NCBI RefSeq assembly: GCF_001194135.2
Contig: NC_069004.1
Coordinates: 846,023 to 892,796 of the forward strand
Source: Octopus bimaculoides
Taxonomy: Eukaryota
Direction of reading: 5' to 3'
DNA length: 46,774 nt
Position numbers and translations under genes: made by a program. Position 1 is the first letter of the stretch. Each line of letters starts with the position of its first letter. Of the stretch, positions 22,601 through 31,920 are shown piece after piece. The notes under the pieces are model-generated. The model saw only the letters and a list, made by a program, of their open reading frames with translations, was not told where the DNA came from and did no database searches.

Positions 22601-25600
22601 GTGGCAGCTGTGAACATCACTGTCCGTCTTCTTCAGTTTTCCGAGGCATTTTTAATAATGAGGAAACATTCTCTTTTTAAAGTTTGGTTTTTATTCTATT
22701 AGCCTTTTCGGAGGAACTGCTCAGTTACAAGGATGTAAACAAACCAACATTGGTTGTCAAGCTGGGTGTTGGCTATATGATGGGCTTCTGCACTGTCTCT
22801 GCCTACAAGATATTGATTGGCACAGGGCTGTAGGGGAAGACGCTTGCCAAAGGTGCCACGCAGTGGGATTGAACTGGAAACAACCACACAAGTCTTCAAG
22901 AAGAAATATTGATACTTAATTGTCAATTTTGTGTTTTTCAGAGAAATCCAAAGAAAACGAAAACAAATTGAAGAAGTAAGTGTTGCATTGTTTATTTCTA
23001 AAATGGTGGATGTGTGTGTGTGTGTGCGTGTATATATATATATATATATATATATCACTTGTATATGTGTATATTGCATGTGTGTGTATATACATACATA
23101 TATAAAATCATCATCATTTAACAACCATTTTCCAGTTTAGATCTTAATTATAAAAATATATGAAACCATTATTCGATGCTAATTTAGTTAATTTTGTGAA
23201 TCTCCCTTTTCAGTTTGTAAGATAGGAATTTAAATGTAATAAAATGTTTTAAAAAGAAATTTTAAGTGCCCACGTGATAACTGGAAACCTACTTTTGGGC
23301 CACCCTGTCTATATATAAATAGCAGCTCTCCTGTCCACCCCCACCTCCAATACTTCCATGCCAGTGTGGAAATATGATTTTAAAATGGTAAAAATTTCAA
23401 AATGTCTTTGTTCTTNNNNNNNNNNNNNNNNNNNNNNNNNNNNNNNNNNNNNNNNNNNNNNNNNNNNNNNNNNNNNNNNNNNNNNNNNNNNNNNNNNNNN
23501 NNNNNNNNNNNNNNNNNNNNNNNNNNNNNNNNNNNNNNNNNNNNNNNNNNNNNNNNNNNNNNNNNNNNNNNNNNNNNNNNNNNNNNNNNNNNNNNNNNNN
23601 NNNNNNTTTTATTACCGATGATGCTGCTGTTGTTTAGCTCCAGATTGACAGTGACAGGACAGACTTTATTTAGGACTACAATTTGTCTGATGTGTCCTTC
23701 TCTTTCTAAGACAGGTTCTAGTGTATGATAGAAATTTGGTTGGCATTAAGAAGGGTATCCAGCTGCAGAAACCATGCCAAAGCAGACATGGAACCTGGGG
23801 CAGCCCTTTGGTTCATTGGTTCCTCTTGAAGCATCCAACCCATGCCAGCATGGAAAAGTGGAGATTAAGCAATGGTTGTTATTGTAGATGTTCATTGTTC
23901 TTTCTCTCTCTCTCTCTCTTTCTAGGTGACCAGTTCAACAGAGAAGAAACCCAGCACAACAGAACTGACACAGGCTCAAAAGGCTTTAGAATCCTTAATC
24001 CAAAAACAAAAAACCCAAGCAAAGATAATCCAAAAACTAAAGTCACAGAAAGATCACATCAAAACGAAGCAAGTTGAGATCTTGAAAGCAGCTGAAGTTC
24101 TTCACATGGTGCAACGACGTAACGATGTAAGCATCTTCCCTTTTTTTCTCTCTCATCTTTAATGAGGAGTTCTTGCAGCAATGTGTGTTGTTTGAGGGAT
24201 TCTTGGAGATTGTCTACAGACATGGCTGTGGAGTTAAGAAGTTAGCTCCCTTAACTTCAGTCCTACCAAAGCCTTGGGTGTGGATTTGGTGGATGGAAAC
24301 TGAAAGAAGCCCATTTGTGTATGTACATGTCTGTCTCTCTTTGCCTTGACATCATGCAATTGTTGTAAATGACTGTGATTCATTTCCAATATTCTGCAAA
24401 AACGTGTCTGGCCATGGAGGAAATATTACTTTATTTGGAAACTGGTAAGGGTTGGTGTCAGGAAAAGCATCTTGTTGTAGAAAACCTTCCTAAACAAATT
24501 GCATCTGACTTATGCAAGCATGGAAAAGTGGATATATATATGTGCACACACACACAAATGCCTATATTTATGCATACACACACTAATGTTGTACTCATAA
24601 AAAAAAGACAGTCTATTTCTGTAATTCTCAGTCTTTCTACTTTTACTTTTTTTTTTTGTTTCATTTAATCTTTTTGTTTTTTAGTTATTTTTATATTTCT
24701 GCCTCCTCCATCTTCGTTTTTGTTTCTTCTTGTGTGTCTTGCTGTTCTTTGTTGCTGAACACAATTCTTTTCTTTTTTTCCGCTCCGTTGACTCCTTGTA
24801 TTAATCTTCTTCTTCTTTCTGTTATTCAAAGTCAAGTAAGTTTCTCTATAACCAAGAATTCCTTTGACTGTTTTAGTTGCACTTCCTTAATTGAATTTGA
24901 AAAGCTGACCTCTTCTTTAACAATGTCCAATTTCATTTGTAGAACTACCTCGACACAAACTGGTCAAATGTCAGCTCCACAAGGTAAGTGTATCAAACAC
25001 TCGTCTGCTTGATTACTTCTCTATATTTGTTTGTTTGGTGTGCACACAGTTCCAGCATGGGCAGAACGCTGATATCTAAAACCAGCCAATATTTCAGTAT
25101 TAGACAGGCTTTAGTATAATAATATATAAATCCATTCCAGCTTTGGAAAGAAAGATGTAACACTTATCCACTTCCATGTTTTGGATTATCTCAGCTTCAA
25201 AATTTCAATGATGTGACCTGTTTATTTTTAGAATGGCATTGTAGCATAGGTGCGAGAGGCCAGATATAGCCAATTTAAATGCTAAAGCATTAACGCCTGT
25301 TTATAGCATTCTTGTAACTGTGTGTCTTTTCATTCTCTTTCAGCCAACCGAACCGCATGATACCTGCAGCTGGTGTAACTCCTCCCGGTAAACGTTCCTT
25401 AGACACAGCACCAGAAACTGTCACTTTAGTGAAGCGCCATCGCATCAAGACAGAGGACGGTAACTACGTGACAGTGACGTTGAACGAGGACACTGCTTCC
25501 GTACCTGACCTGGCCACTCGTCGGCGAGAAGAGAAAGAGAAAAGCAATCAGGAGCCCGTCGGGGTGATTGATTTGACAGACGATGATGACCCTAAAATGA

Positions 25601-26154
25601 AAAGCACGAATGGTATACTGCCAGCATCGAATAGCAACATGATGCCTACCTCAGACGTGTCAGTCGCTGTTGAAGTCAGTGAAACACCAATAGACATGGA
25701 AGTAACTGCAATGGAGGTAACAAGGAATCGCTCTTCGGCTAGTGCCAACGAGGTTGTCTCTGTGCTGCCATCGGCCAATCGGGCACTAAATGAAGACGAC
25801 GGCATAAAGATAATCTCTGTGAATTCTGTTGCTTCGTTGCCGACGCAGGCGGCTGCGGCCGATTCTGTTGTCTCTGCTGCACAGCCACAGAACAATGCAT
25901 CCCCTGCTGCAGTGACTCCTGCAGCAGCAGCATCACCACCATCCTCCTCTGCTTCGAGACTCGCATCCGAGCCTGCTGTGAGCGAAGATGGTGAAGAGGA
26001 GAACCTGGATTGTGTGAAGAAACGGTTGAATGAGTTGCGTGAAAATGTGAAGAGATTAATCGAAATAATCGTCCCAAACATAGACTTTGGCGAACACAAA
26101 ATCGATGACGTTGTTGTCGAGATGATTCGGATTAATTCACAGGTGAACTCATGA
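4548..26154 (+). CDS. MORC3: MORC family CW-type zinc finger ATPase (MORC3/4-like), complete 16-exon CDS, 837 aa: join(4548-4580,10058-10130,10796-10928,11194-11411,12290-12440,12720-12858,13335-13463,14219-14350,15218-15315,15694-15795,21506-21640,22221-22304,22942-22975,23926-24126,24943-24983,25344-26154)
   Basis: Manual splicing gives an uninterrupted 2514-nt frame with GT-AG at all 15 introns. GHKL motifs are present ([27 protein letters not shown]), as are the S5 motif HNKQDF, the CW finger [18 protein letters not shown] and a C-terminal coiled coil. It lacks the long coiled-coil insertion that MORC1/2 carry in the ATPase module, so MORC3/4 clade. The symbol is a best match; it is probably a co-ortholog of MORC3 and MORC4. 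Confidence 0.93.
6400..6690 (+). repeat. Diverged tandem duplication of a roughly 150-bp unit
   Basis: Two copies of G..GCAA.ACCTA.GATTAATTAA..TTTAGGGAGTATCT..CATTTCAAG.CAAT..GTTTTGA.GGA.TTTTGCTT. Confidence 0.7.
10058..10130 (+). CDS. MORC3: MORC exon 2 ([25 protein letters not shown])
   Basis: ttgacag acceptor, gtaagt donor, 73 nt; start of GHKL motif I. Confidence 0.96.
10200..10650 (-). mobile_element. Ty3/Gypsy LTR-retrotransposon relic (RNase H and integrase fragments) in MORC intron 2
   Basis: [32 protein letters not shown] (RNase H) is followed in another frame by [48 protein letters not shown] (integrase core). Confidence 0.88.
10796..10928 (+). CDS. MORC3: MORC exon 3 ([32 protein letters not shown])
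   Basis: tctag acceptor, gtaaat donor, 133 nt; GHKL motifs I and II. Confidence 0.97.
11194..11411 (+). CDS. MORC3: MORC exon 4 ([30 protein letters not shown])
   Basis: ttttccag acceptor, 218 nt, ends at the U12-like donor GTATCCTCT; ATP-lid glycine motif. Confidence 0.95.
11455..11735 (-). mobile_element. tRNA-derived SINE, family B, antisense inside MORC U12 intron 4
   Basis: Reverse complement of the family B tail (TCAGTCATTGGACTGCAGCCATACTGGAGCAC) and head (CAAGACACTTGCCTAAGATGCC..GAACCC). Confidence 0.82.
11855..12069 (+). mobile_element. tRNA-derived SINE, family A
   Basis: Shared body GAGGTCGACTTTGC..CAGGGTCGATGAAATAAGTACCAG..GCTGGCCTTGTGCCAAAATTTGAAA. Related copies or fragments at about 14575-14790, 15505-15605, 16450-16660, 16885-17165, 17313-17485, 20320-20538, 28260-28380 and 28391-28552. 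Better-preserved copies show a B box GTTCAAATTCC. Confidence 0.85.
12290..12440 (+). CDS. MORC3: MORC exon 5 ([33 protein letters not shown])
   Basis: cttag acceptor with U12-like branch TTTCCTTATC, gtagga donor, 151 nt; GT.III.NL motif. Confidence 0.95.
12720..12858 (+). CDS. MORC3: MORC exon 6 ([29 protein letters not shown])
   Basis: tttcag acceptor, gtaagt donor, 139 nt; LDF..DI and SLR motifs. Confidence 0.95.
13335..13463 (+). CDS. MORC3: MORC exon 7 ([27 protein letters not shown])
   Basis: tttcag acceptor, 129 nt, ends at the U12 donor GTATCCTTT; [11 protein letters not shown] motif. Confidence 0.97.
13464..14218 (+). other. U12-type (minor spliceosome) GT-AG intron, MORC intron 7
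   Basis: Perfect 5'ss GTATCCTTT; branch TTTCCTTAGC at 14198-14207, 11 nt upstream of the intron end. Confidence 0.9.
14219..14350 (+). CDS. MORC3: MORC exon 8 ([33 protein letters not shown])
   Basis: U12 branch TTTCCTTAGC then ttccag acceptor, gtaagt donor, 132 nt. Confidence 0.97.
15218..15315 (+). CDS. MORC3: MORC exon 9 ([32 protein letters not shown])
   Basis: ttccag acceptor, gtaagt donor, 98 nt; HNKQDF motif. Confidence 0.97.
15694..15795 (+). CDS. MORC3: MORC exon 10 ([26 protein letters not shown])
   Basis: ttttgcag acceptor, gtgagt donor, 102 nt; [10 protein letters not shown] motif. Confidence 0.93.
17313..17485 (+). mobile_element. tRNA-derived SINE, family A, flanked by (ATT)n
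   Basis: GGCGAGTTGG..GAAATGCTTAGC..GAGTTCAGATTCC..CCAAATTTGAAACC between (TTA)n tracts. Confidence 0.8.
18199..18880 (+). mobile_element. Degenerate Tc1/mariner-superfamily transposon (maT/DD37D-like), 3'-truncated, in MORC intron 10
   Basis: TA/CAGGGT putative left end. Frameshifted transposase pieces: [21 protein letters not shown] (HTH), [33 protein letters not shown] (the WFFSDEK.F..D...N.QN motif). Subfamily is inferred because the diagnostic second and third Asp are absent. Confidence 0.75.
21506..21640 (+). CDS. MORC3: MORC exon 11, CW-type zinc finger ([35 protein letters not shown])
   Basis: tttacag acceptor, gtaaga donor, 135 nt; both aromatic-cage Trp and three of the four Zn-ligand Cys are here. 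Confidence 0.97.
22221..22304 (+). CDS. MORC3: MORC exon 12 ([29 protein letters not shown])
   Basis: ttttcag acceptor, gtaagt donor, 84 nt; fourth CW Cys and the conserved EEPED..YEKT motif. Confidence 0.93.
22942..22975 (+). CDS. MORC3: MORC exon 13, 34-nt microexon ([11 protein letters not shown])
   Basis: tttttcag acceptor, gtaagt donor; its phase 2 to phase 0 change is needed to link exons 12 and 14. Confidence 0.8.
23926..24126 (+). CDS. MORC3: MORC exon 14, predicted coiled coil ([38 protein letters not shown])
   Basis: (CT)n-ctag acceptor, gtaagc donor, 201 nt open frame with heptad-like periodicity. Confidence 0.85.
24943..24983 (+). CDS. MORC3: MORC exon 15, 41-nt microexon ([14 protein letters not shown])
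   Basis: tttgtag acceptor, AAG/gtaagt donor; its phase 0 to phase 2 change is needed to link exons 14 and 16. Confidence 0.75.
25344..26154 (+). CDS. MORC3: MORC terminal exon 16 (low-complexity SIM/SUMO region plus C-terminal coiled coil; stop TGA 26152-26154)
   Basis: ctttcag acceptor; contains ORF 25357-26154. The ending [33 protein letters not shown] resembles the MORC3/4 C-terminal coiled coil. Confidence 0.9.
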
Positions 26155-26562
26155 GAGGGAGGGTGAGGGGGAAGTGCGGGAGTGAACAATGACAATACAA
26201 AAGAAAAACAAGTCAAATAATAAAGAGGATGAAAGGTGAGCAAGGAAGGGGGGAAAGAGAGAGTGAGTGAATGAGTGAGAGAGATGGAGAGAGAGGCTGT
26301 TCTGTAAAGGAATTGATTGGCACAACAGCATCAGCATCAACTGAACAAAAGAAGAACTGACAAGACTTTGGAGAAGTGTCTCTCACGGTGGCGCTGGTGC
26401 TGTTGTGCTTTTCTAATTCAAATGAACAAACAAGCAAAGATCTATCCTTCAACTTTTGTGGATTTACAAATTCATTTGTGAACTGAAGAAAGAAAAAGTC
26501 TTTTATTTAAAAAAAAAAATTCTCTTTTTTTATCTTTGTTCTTGTTTATATCTTTTGTCTTT

Positions 26563-26860
26563 TCATCATCATCGTTTAACGTCCGCTTTCCATGCTAGCA
26601 TGAGTTGGACGATTTGACTGAGGACTGGTGAACCAGATGGCTACACTAGGCTCCAATCTGATCTGGCAGTGTTTCTACAGCTGGATGCCCTTCCTAACGC
26701 CAACCACTCCGAGAGTGTAGAGGGTGCTTTTACGTGCCACTGGCACGAAGGCTAGTCACACGGTACTGGCAATGGCCATGCTCAAAATGGTGTATTTTAC
26801 GTGCCACCTGCACGGGAGCCAGTCCAGCGACGCTGGTAACGATCACGCTGGAATGGTGGT
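26563..26860 (-). mobile_element. SINE-like repeat with RTE-type 3' tail, family C
   Basis: The minus strand ends ..GCATGGAAAGCGGACGTTAAACGATGATGATG. Near-identical copy at 39920-40220; fragments at about 12925-13075, 14830-14920, 16088-16190, 23625-23865 and 38025-38100. Confidence 0.8.
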
Positions 26861-27299
26861 GCCATCATAAGGAGAATAAAACAACAGACGAAGACGGGTG
26901 GTGTAAACAACAAATGGATGTATTAGTATAATCTCAAGCCTTCTACCTAGAATTGGTGAGATCCCTCTAACATTTTCCAACTAAGAAATTTTCTAGTATG
27001 CAAGGGAGACAACTTTCAACATTGAGGGTTCCGTACGTTCTTCTTACAACAAAGAAAAATATTCAATGAAAAACAGATTAAAAAATAGGAATTAATCACA
27101 TTTCTAATTTATAAATGGCAGAACCTTTTACTGACATTATTCTTGGCTAAATGGAAAACCTTGATGCAGGGGAGAATGCATGTTCTGATAATGGTGGTAG
27201 TGGATCTCCGTCGTTTGACGATGGGGAATTCTGTTCGATCAAATGAATTAACGTCTAAATGGTCGAGTATTCTTCAGACATGCATTTTTCGCTTAATTT

Positions 27300-27625
27300 G
27301 GAGCCGTGGCTGTGTGGTAAGAAGTCTGCATACCAATCACATGGTTCCGGATTCAGTCCCACTGCGTGACACCTTGGGCAAGTGTCTTCTACTATAGCCC
27401 TGAGCCGACCAAAGCCTTGTGAGTGGATTTGGTAGACGGAAACTGAAAGAAGCCCGTCGTATATATATATACTTATGCGTCTTTGTTCACGACCCGTGTT
27501 TGTGTCTTTATGTCCCCCATAACGTAGTGGTACGGCAATAGCGACTGACAAAATAAGTTCTGGGGTTGATTAAGACCATCAGAGTGGTGCTCCAGCATGG
27601 AAACGGTCTCATGACGAATAAGTAA
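27300..27625 (+). mobile_element. tRNA-derived SINE, family B, near full length
   Basis: A-box-like GTGGCTGTGTGGTAAG, B-box-like GGATTCAGTCCC, body CACCTTGGGCAAGTGTCTT..GGAAACTGAAAGAAGCCCGTC, tail GGTGCTCCAGCATGG. Other copies: + 22450-22620, 24222-24400, 29648-29805, 33903-34260; - 8330-8520, 11455-11735, 22700-22885, 40255-40385, 41200-41460. Confidence 0.88.
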
Positions 27626-28390
27626 GTGATGAGGTGTACTTATTGAATAACTAGTAGAATCCATTCGATGGGCTTCTATGTAGTTTCCACCTGCTCAGTT
27701 TCCTAGGACACAGAAAACATTTGTCCAAGATGCTTCGAACTGGGGACTTCGTGATTACGAAGCAAACTCCTTAATCCGTCATCTCCAATGTGCCTACGCT
27801 ACGATAATATAAACAAAACATGTTGGAAGCCGCCGACGTTTTTTTTTCTCTCAAATGAAATCAAAAATGCATTTAGTAGTGTCAAGGGTTACTTCCCTTG
27901 TTTAGCTTCTGAGCAATGCACACACACAAAACATTTAGTATTACAAAAGCTAAGTAACTAGAGACGTTTTGTCATATCGGCACACACTTCTCGTCTTTGG
28001 AGAAACTTAGTGTAGGGGAGGCAACTCTAAATTTCACTAAATAGCCAACAGTTCCGTTGACATCGGCCCTCATCAACGTCTTATGTAGTTATACTTTGAG
28101 AATCAACAAAATGTGATAAGGACCCCATCCAAGAAACATCTCATCCAGTGGTTCGATCTGCTAGAAATAGCAGCCACACACATACATTTTAGTGGAGAGG
28201 CTTCCGTCGGTGAAATTTGATGAGCCTACATTTACAGCAATCCCTGATGAACTTCTTCAAGTTTCCGCTACATTCTGAATTCAAATTCAGCCGAGGTCGA
28301 TAAAATAAGTACTAGTCAAGCACTGGGGTCAATGTAATCGACTAGCCCCCTCCCCTAAAATTGTACCTTTAGTAGAAAGGATTATTATTA

Positions 28391-28552
28391 AGGCGGCGAG
28401 CTGGGCGAAATGTTTCGCGGCATCTCGTCCGTCTTTACCTTCTGGATTCAAATTCCATCTGGGGTCGGTAAAATAAGTACCAGTTGAATCCTGGGGGTGG
28501 ATCTAATCGACTTACCCCTCCCCCTAAATTGCTGGCTTTGTGCCAAAATTAT
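28391..28552 (+). mobile_element. tRNA-derived SINE, family A (tandem with a second copy at about 28260-28380)
   Basis: AGGCGGCGAGCTGG..GATTCAAATTCC..AAATAAGTACCAG..TGTGCCAAAATT. Confidence 0.8.
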
Positions 28553-30706
28553 TATAATTCAAATTCAGAGCGTAGAGATTCGCGCCAAATACTCAGCAGT
28601 TTTATCCAACTCTACCAATTCGTAGTCCCTAAAAATTTTTTTTTTATATACATGCATGTATGTGTATTTCTTATATTGTTTTTGGAAATTTTGTTTTTAG
28701 AATCATGATCTTCGTATTTTCCCATATATTTTGCAAAAAAAAAAAAATTCTGAAAAAAGTCGAAAATGAAGAAATTGGTGGGGATTGAAATTTCGAAATT
28801 CCGATTTTTGCCAATTCTTTTCCAGATTCTTACCACACATCCACGCCTGCGCCTATTCCTCTTTTCTTCTTTTCTTTTTTTTGTCATCTTCTTCTCGTCT
28901 TTCTCCTCCCTTCCATATTACTTACATCACATCTGTCTGTATGTTTCCCTTTTCTTTGATTTGCTCAACTCCGCGCCACTACTCCTACGTTCGGTGGGTG
29001 GAGACCGGCTTTAGCCTACACGGGAGGACGGCTTCTGATCAAAGAGCCTGTTTTCAATGTAAAAACACAGGCAGGTTATCCGTTACAACAGATAAAAGGC
29101 CAATGCCGGCCATTTGGCGCATGGTCTGCATTCACAATTACAGCCTGTTGCTGACACAGGGAGGCGTCAGTGGTTCCAGCTATGCTCTCACATCTACTAC
29201 ACACGATGCTAACTTACACACATATCCCCACCACCACCACCACCACTCTCTCTTTTACTAACTCTCTATCACTCTTTTTTGCACATAAACACACACCACA
29301 CACACACACATATATATATACACGCGTGTGTGTGTGTACGTATATATGTATGTATGCACGCACAGGTTCAGTGTATCTACCGATACAATGCTTGGCCATA
29401 TCAGGTGTGTGTGTGTCTGTATGTACGTATGCACTAGCATGGAAAGTGCGTTGAACTTGGAAAATTAAAGGGCAAGAAGAAATGGAAGCTTAAGAATATT
29501 GCAGCTGAAGTTGAGATTTGAATTTGAGAAACCTTTTGAATGGCGGTCAGAGGAAAAGAAAAGAAAAGGGACAGGGGAAATGATAAAGAGAAGGTGTGTG
29601 TGTGTGTGCAGCATGTTGGCATTGTGGTCAAATGTGAAGGCTCATAGAAAGTGGCTTGCGTGGTAAGAAGTTTGCTTCCCAACTAGAGGATTCGGGTTCA
29701 GTTCCACTGCGTAGCACTTTGGGAAAGTGCCTTCTTTATAGACCTGGGCGGACAAAACCTTTTGAGTGAATCTGGCAGGCGAAAACTGAAAGAAGCCCGT
29801 CTTCTATTTGTGTGTGTTTTGGCTAATACATGCACATACACGCAGAATACACATAGGCGTTAGCTCACGCGCACAGAGACACATTTGTTAAATGATCCAC
29901 ACGCACACACACACAAATACATAATTGTGAGACCCAACACACATATACACACCCATACATGCATACACACTCCTCGACACAGATGAATACTCGTACATAA
30001 ATGTGTTTGCGCTGACACATCCACAGATTCTCACGCAAGTGTGTAAGTTGACAAACACACATACACACATATATATACAAGTTGCGTTGTGTACCAAGCC
30101 TGAATCCTCCGCCACCCTGATACAGTCTCCTGTTACTTTTGAAGTTCCTCCACTCTTCAATGAAAATATCTGCACTGCCAGAATTTACACCGTTTTAATG
30201 GATAGCTAACTGTGAGGCGGCATCTCTTTCATGTTACATCCCGTGCGTGTGTGTGTGTGTGTGTGACAGACACTGCCGCCAGGGGACAGCTGTGTTGTCG
30301 TTCCTTCTCTACCTTTTTACTCACTTCGACTGAATCCTCTCGTTTATACTCGTCCGTTTTCGTACATTTTCGTATTTCCCTTTTCACTCGTTCTCTTTTG
30401 CTTCCTGTTTCTACCCCCCCTTTTCAACGCCTTCTTTCACTTCGCTTTCGTATTCTGTCCTTCACGTTTTTTTTCTTTCCGTTCCTCACTATCATTTCCA
30501 CTGATTCGGCTTTCCTTGAATATATACATACAAGCAGTTTCCTTTGGATTTTCCTCGGCTACGGTTTACAGAAAGAAACTCAATATCGGAAGAACTTAGT
30601 CGTTCCAGATGGAGGGGAATCTGCTGCGAGAGAAACAGTTGTTGAGCGAAAATGGCGAAACCAGGCGGTGCTCCAGCATGACTGCAGCCTAACGACTAAA
30701 ACAAGT

Positions 30707-30893
30707 AAAAGAATAGAGGAATAAAAGAATAGAGGAATAAAAGAATAGAGGAATAAAAGACTAGAGGAATAAAAGACTAGAGGAATAAAAGACTAGAGGA
30801 ATAAAAGAATAGAGGAATAAAAGACTAGAGGAATAAAAGACTAGAGGAATAAAAGACTAGAGGAATAAAAGACTAGAGGAATAAAAGAATAGA
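30707..30893 (+). repeat. 16-bp minisatellite (AAAAGA[A/C]TAGAGGAAT), about 11.7 copies
   Basis: Direct reading; it begins at the 3' tail of a family B SINE remnant (30663-30710). Confidence 0.95.
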
Positions 30894-31321
30894 TGTACCG
30901 ATGGCAGCCAAACTATGAAGCTTTTATGTGGTCGCCCGACCTGCTAAAAATAGCAACTAAATCCTTCTCAAATTATACTAGGTGTTGTAGTCCAAGATAT
31001 TCTGTGGCAATGAGGAGAGACAGAACGTTTGGAACGTGTTTGATCGTGGGTCTACTTACGCCGGGATAAACAAACAAACAAACAACAGCAGCATTCCTAT
31101 GGTTGTTTGTCTGGCTTAATATGCAGGGTGGCTATATGGGCGGTTGTGTTCACGGGTGACTAACTGTATTCACGGTTGAATGGTTTGCCGGTTGCCTGAT
31201 GTATTAATGAAAAATAGAAAATTAACAGGTGATGATGTATAACTGGATGCGTGTGTGTGTGTGTCTCTCTCTCTCTCTAACCTCTCTACATATATTATGT
31301 AGAGATTAGAACGCGCGCGCG

Positions 31322-31386
<65 letters not shown>

Positions 31387-31496
31387 ACATATACAAGCAC
31401 CTACGCACACGTGTGTGTGTAATATTCTCTAATACCGAGTGTTTTAGTATTTATTCATACCAATAGAATCACAATATTGTATGTGTTTATGTATAA

Positions 31497-31533
<37 letters not shown>

Positions 31534-31799
31534 CACACACTGGTTGCGGGTTCAGTTCCACCGCGTGGCAGGCAAATTTACTGCGGTATTCTTCTGGTGA
31601 TAACCATTTTTTTTTGTGTGTTCTATTAAAGTATCACAGACAGAGTTTGAGTGTGATAGGAGTAGTAGGGGTGTGACATCTTCTCGGATGTACATTGCAA
31701 GTACATAATCCACCTGTACACCCATAATCCACCAAGAACCAACAGGACTCACAAAGAGAGAAGTCCATATATTCCTGCTCCCAACAAAAGGCTGTATGC

Positions 31800-31920
31800 A
31801 GAGGCACGTGTCTGTGGAGTGCTCAGCCACTTGCACGTTAACTTCACGAGCAGGCTGTTCCGTTGATCGGATCAACAGGAACCCCCCTCAACGTCGGAAG
31901 CGACGGAGTGCCAACAACAA
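31800..31920 (+). mobile_element. SINE core segment (possibly Deu/Nin-domain type)
   Basis: CACGTGTCTGTGGAGTGCTCAGCCACTTGCACGTTAA..GATCGGATCAAC..GCGACGGAGTGCCA recurs inverted at 46030-46145. Confidence 0.7.

Noticed and set aside
25548-26243. 231-aa and 112-aa antisense ORFs over MORC exon 16
   Set aside because: Shadow ORFs of a low-complexity coding exon with no recognisable motifs.
27300-27380. tRNA-like A and B boxes at SINE heads
   Set aside because: No complete cloverleaf; they continue into SINE bodies, so they are not tRNA genes.
30707-30893. Regular repeat array that could be mistaken for CRISPR
   Set aside because: Head-to-tail units without unique spacers, no cas genes, eukaryotic context.
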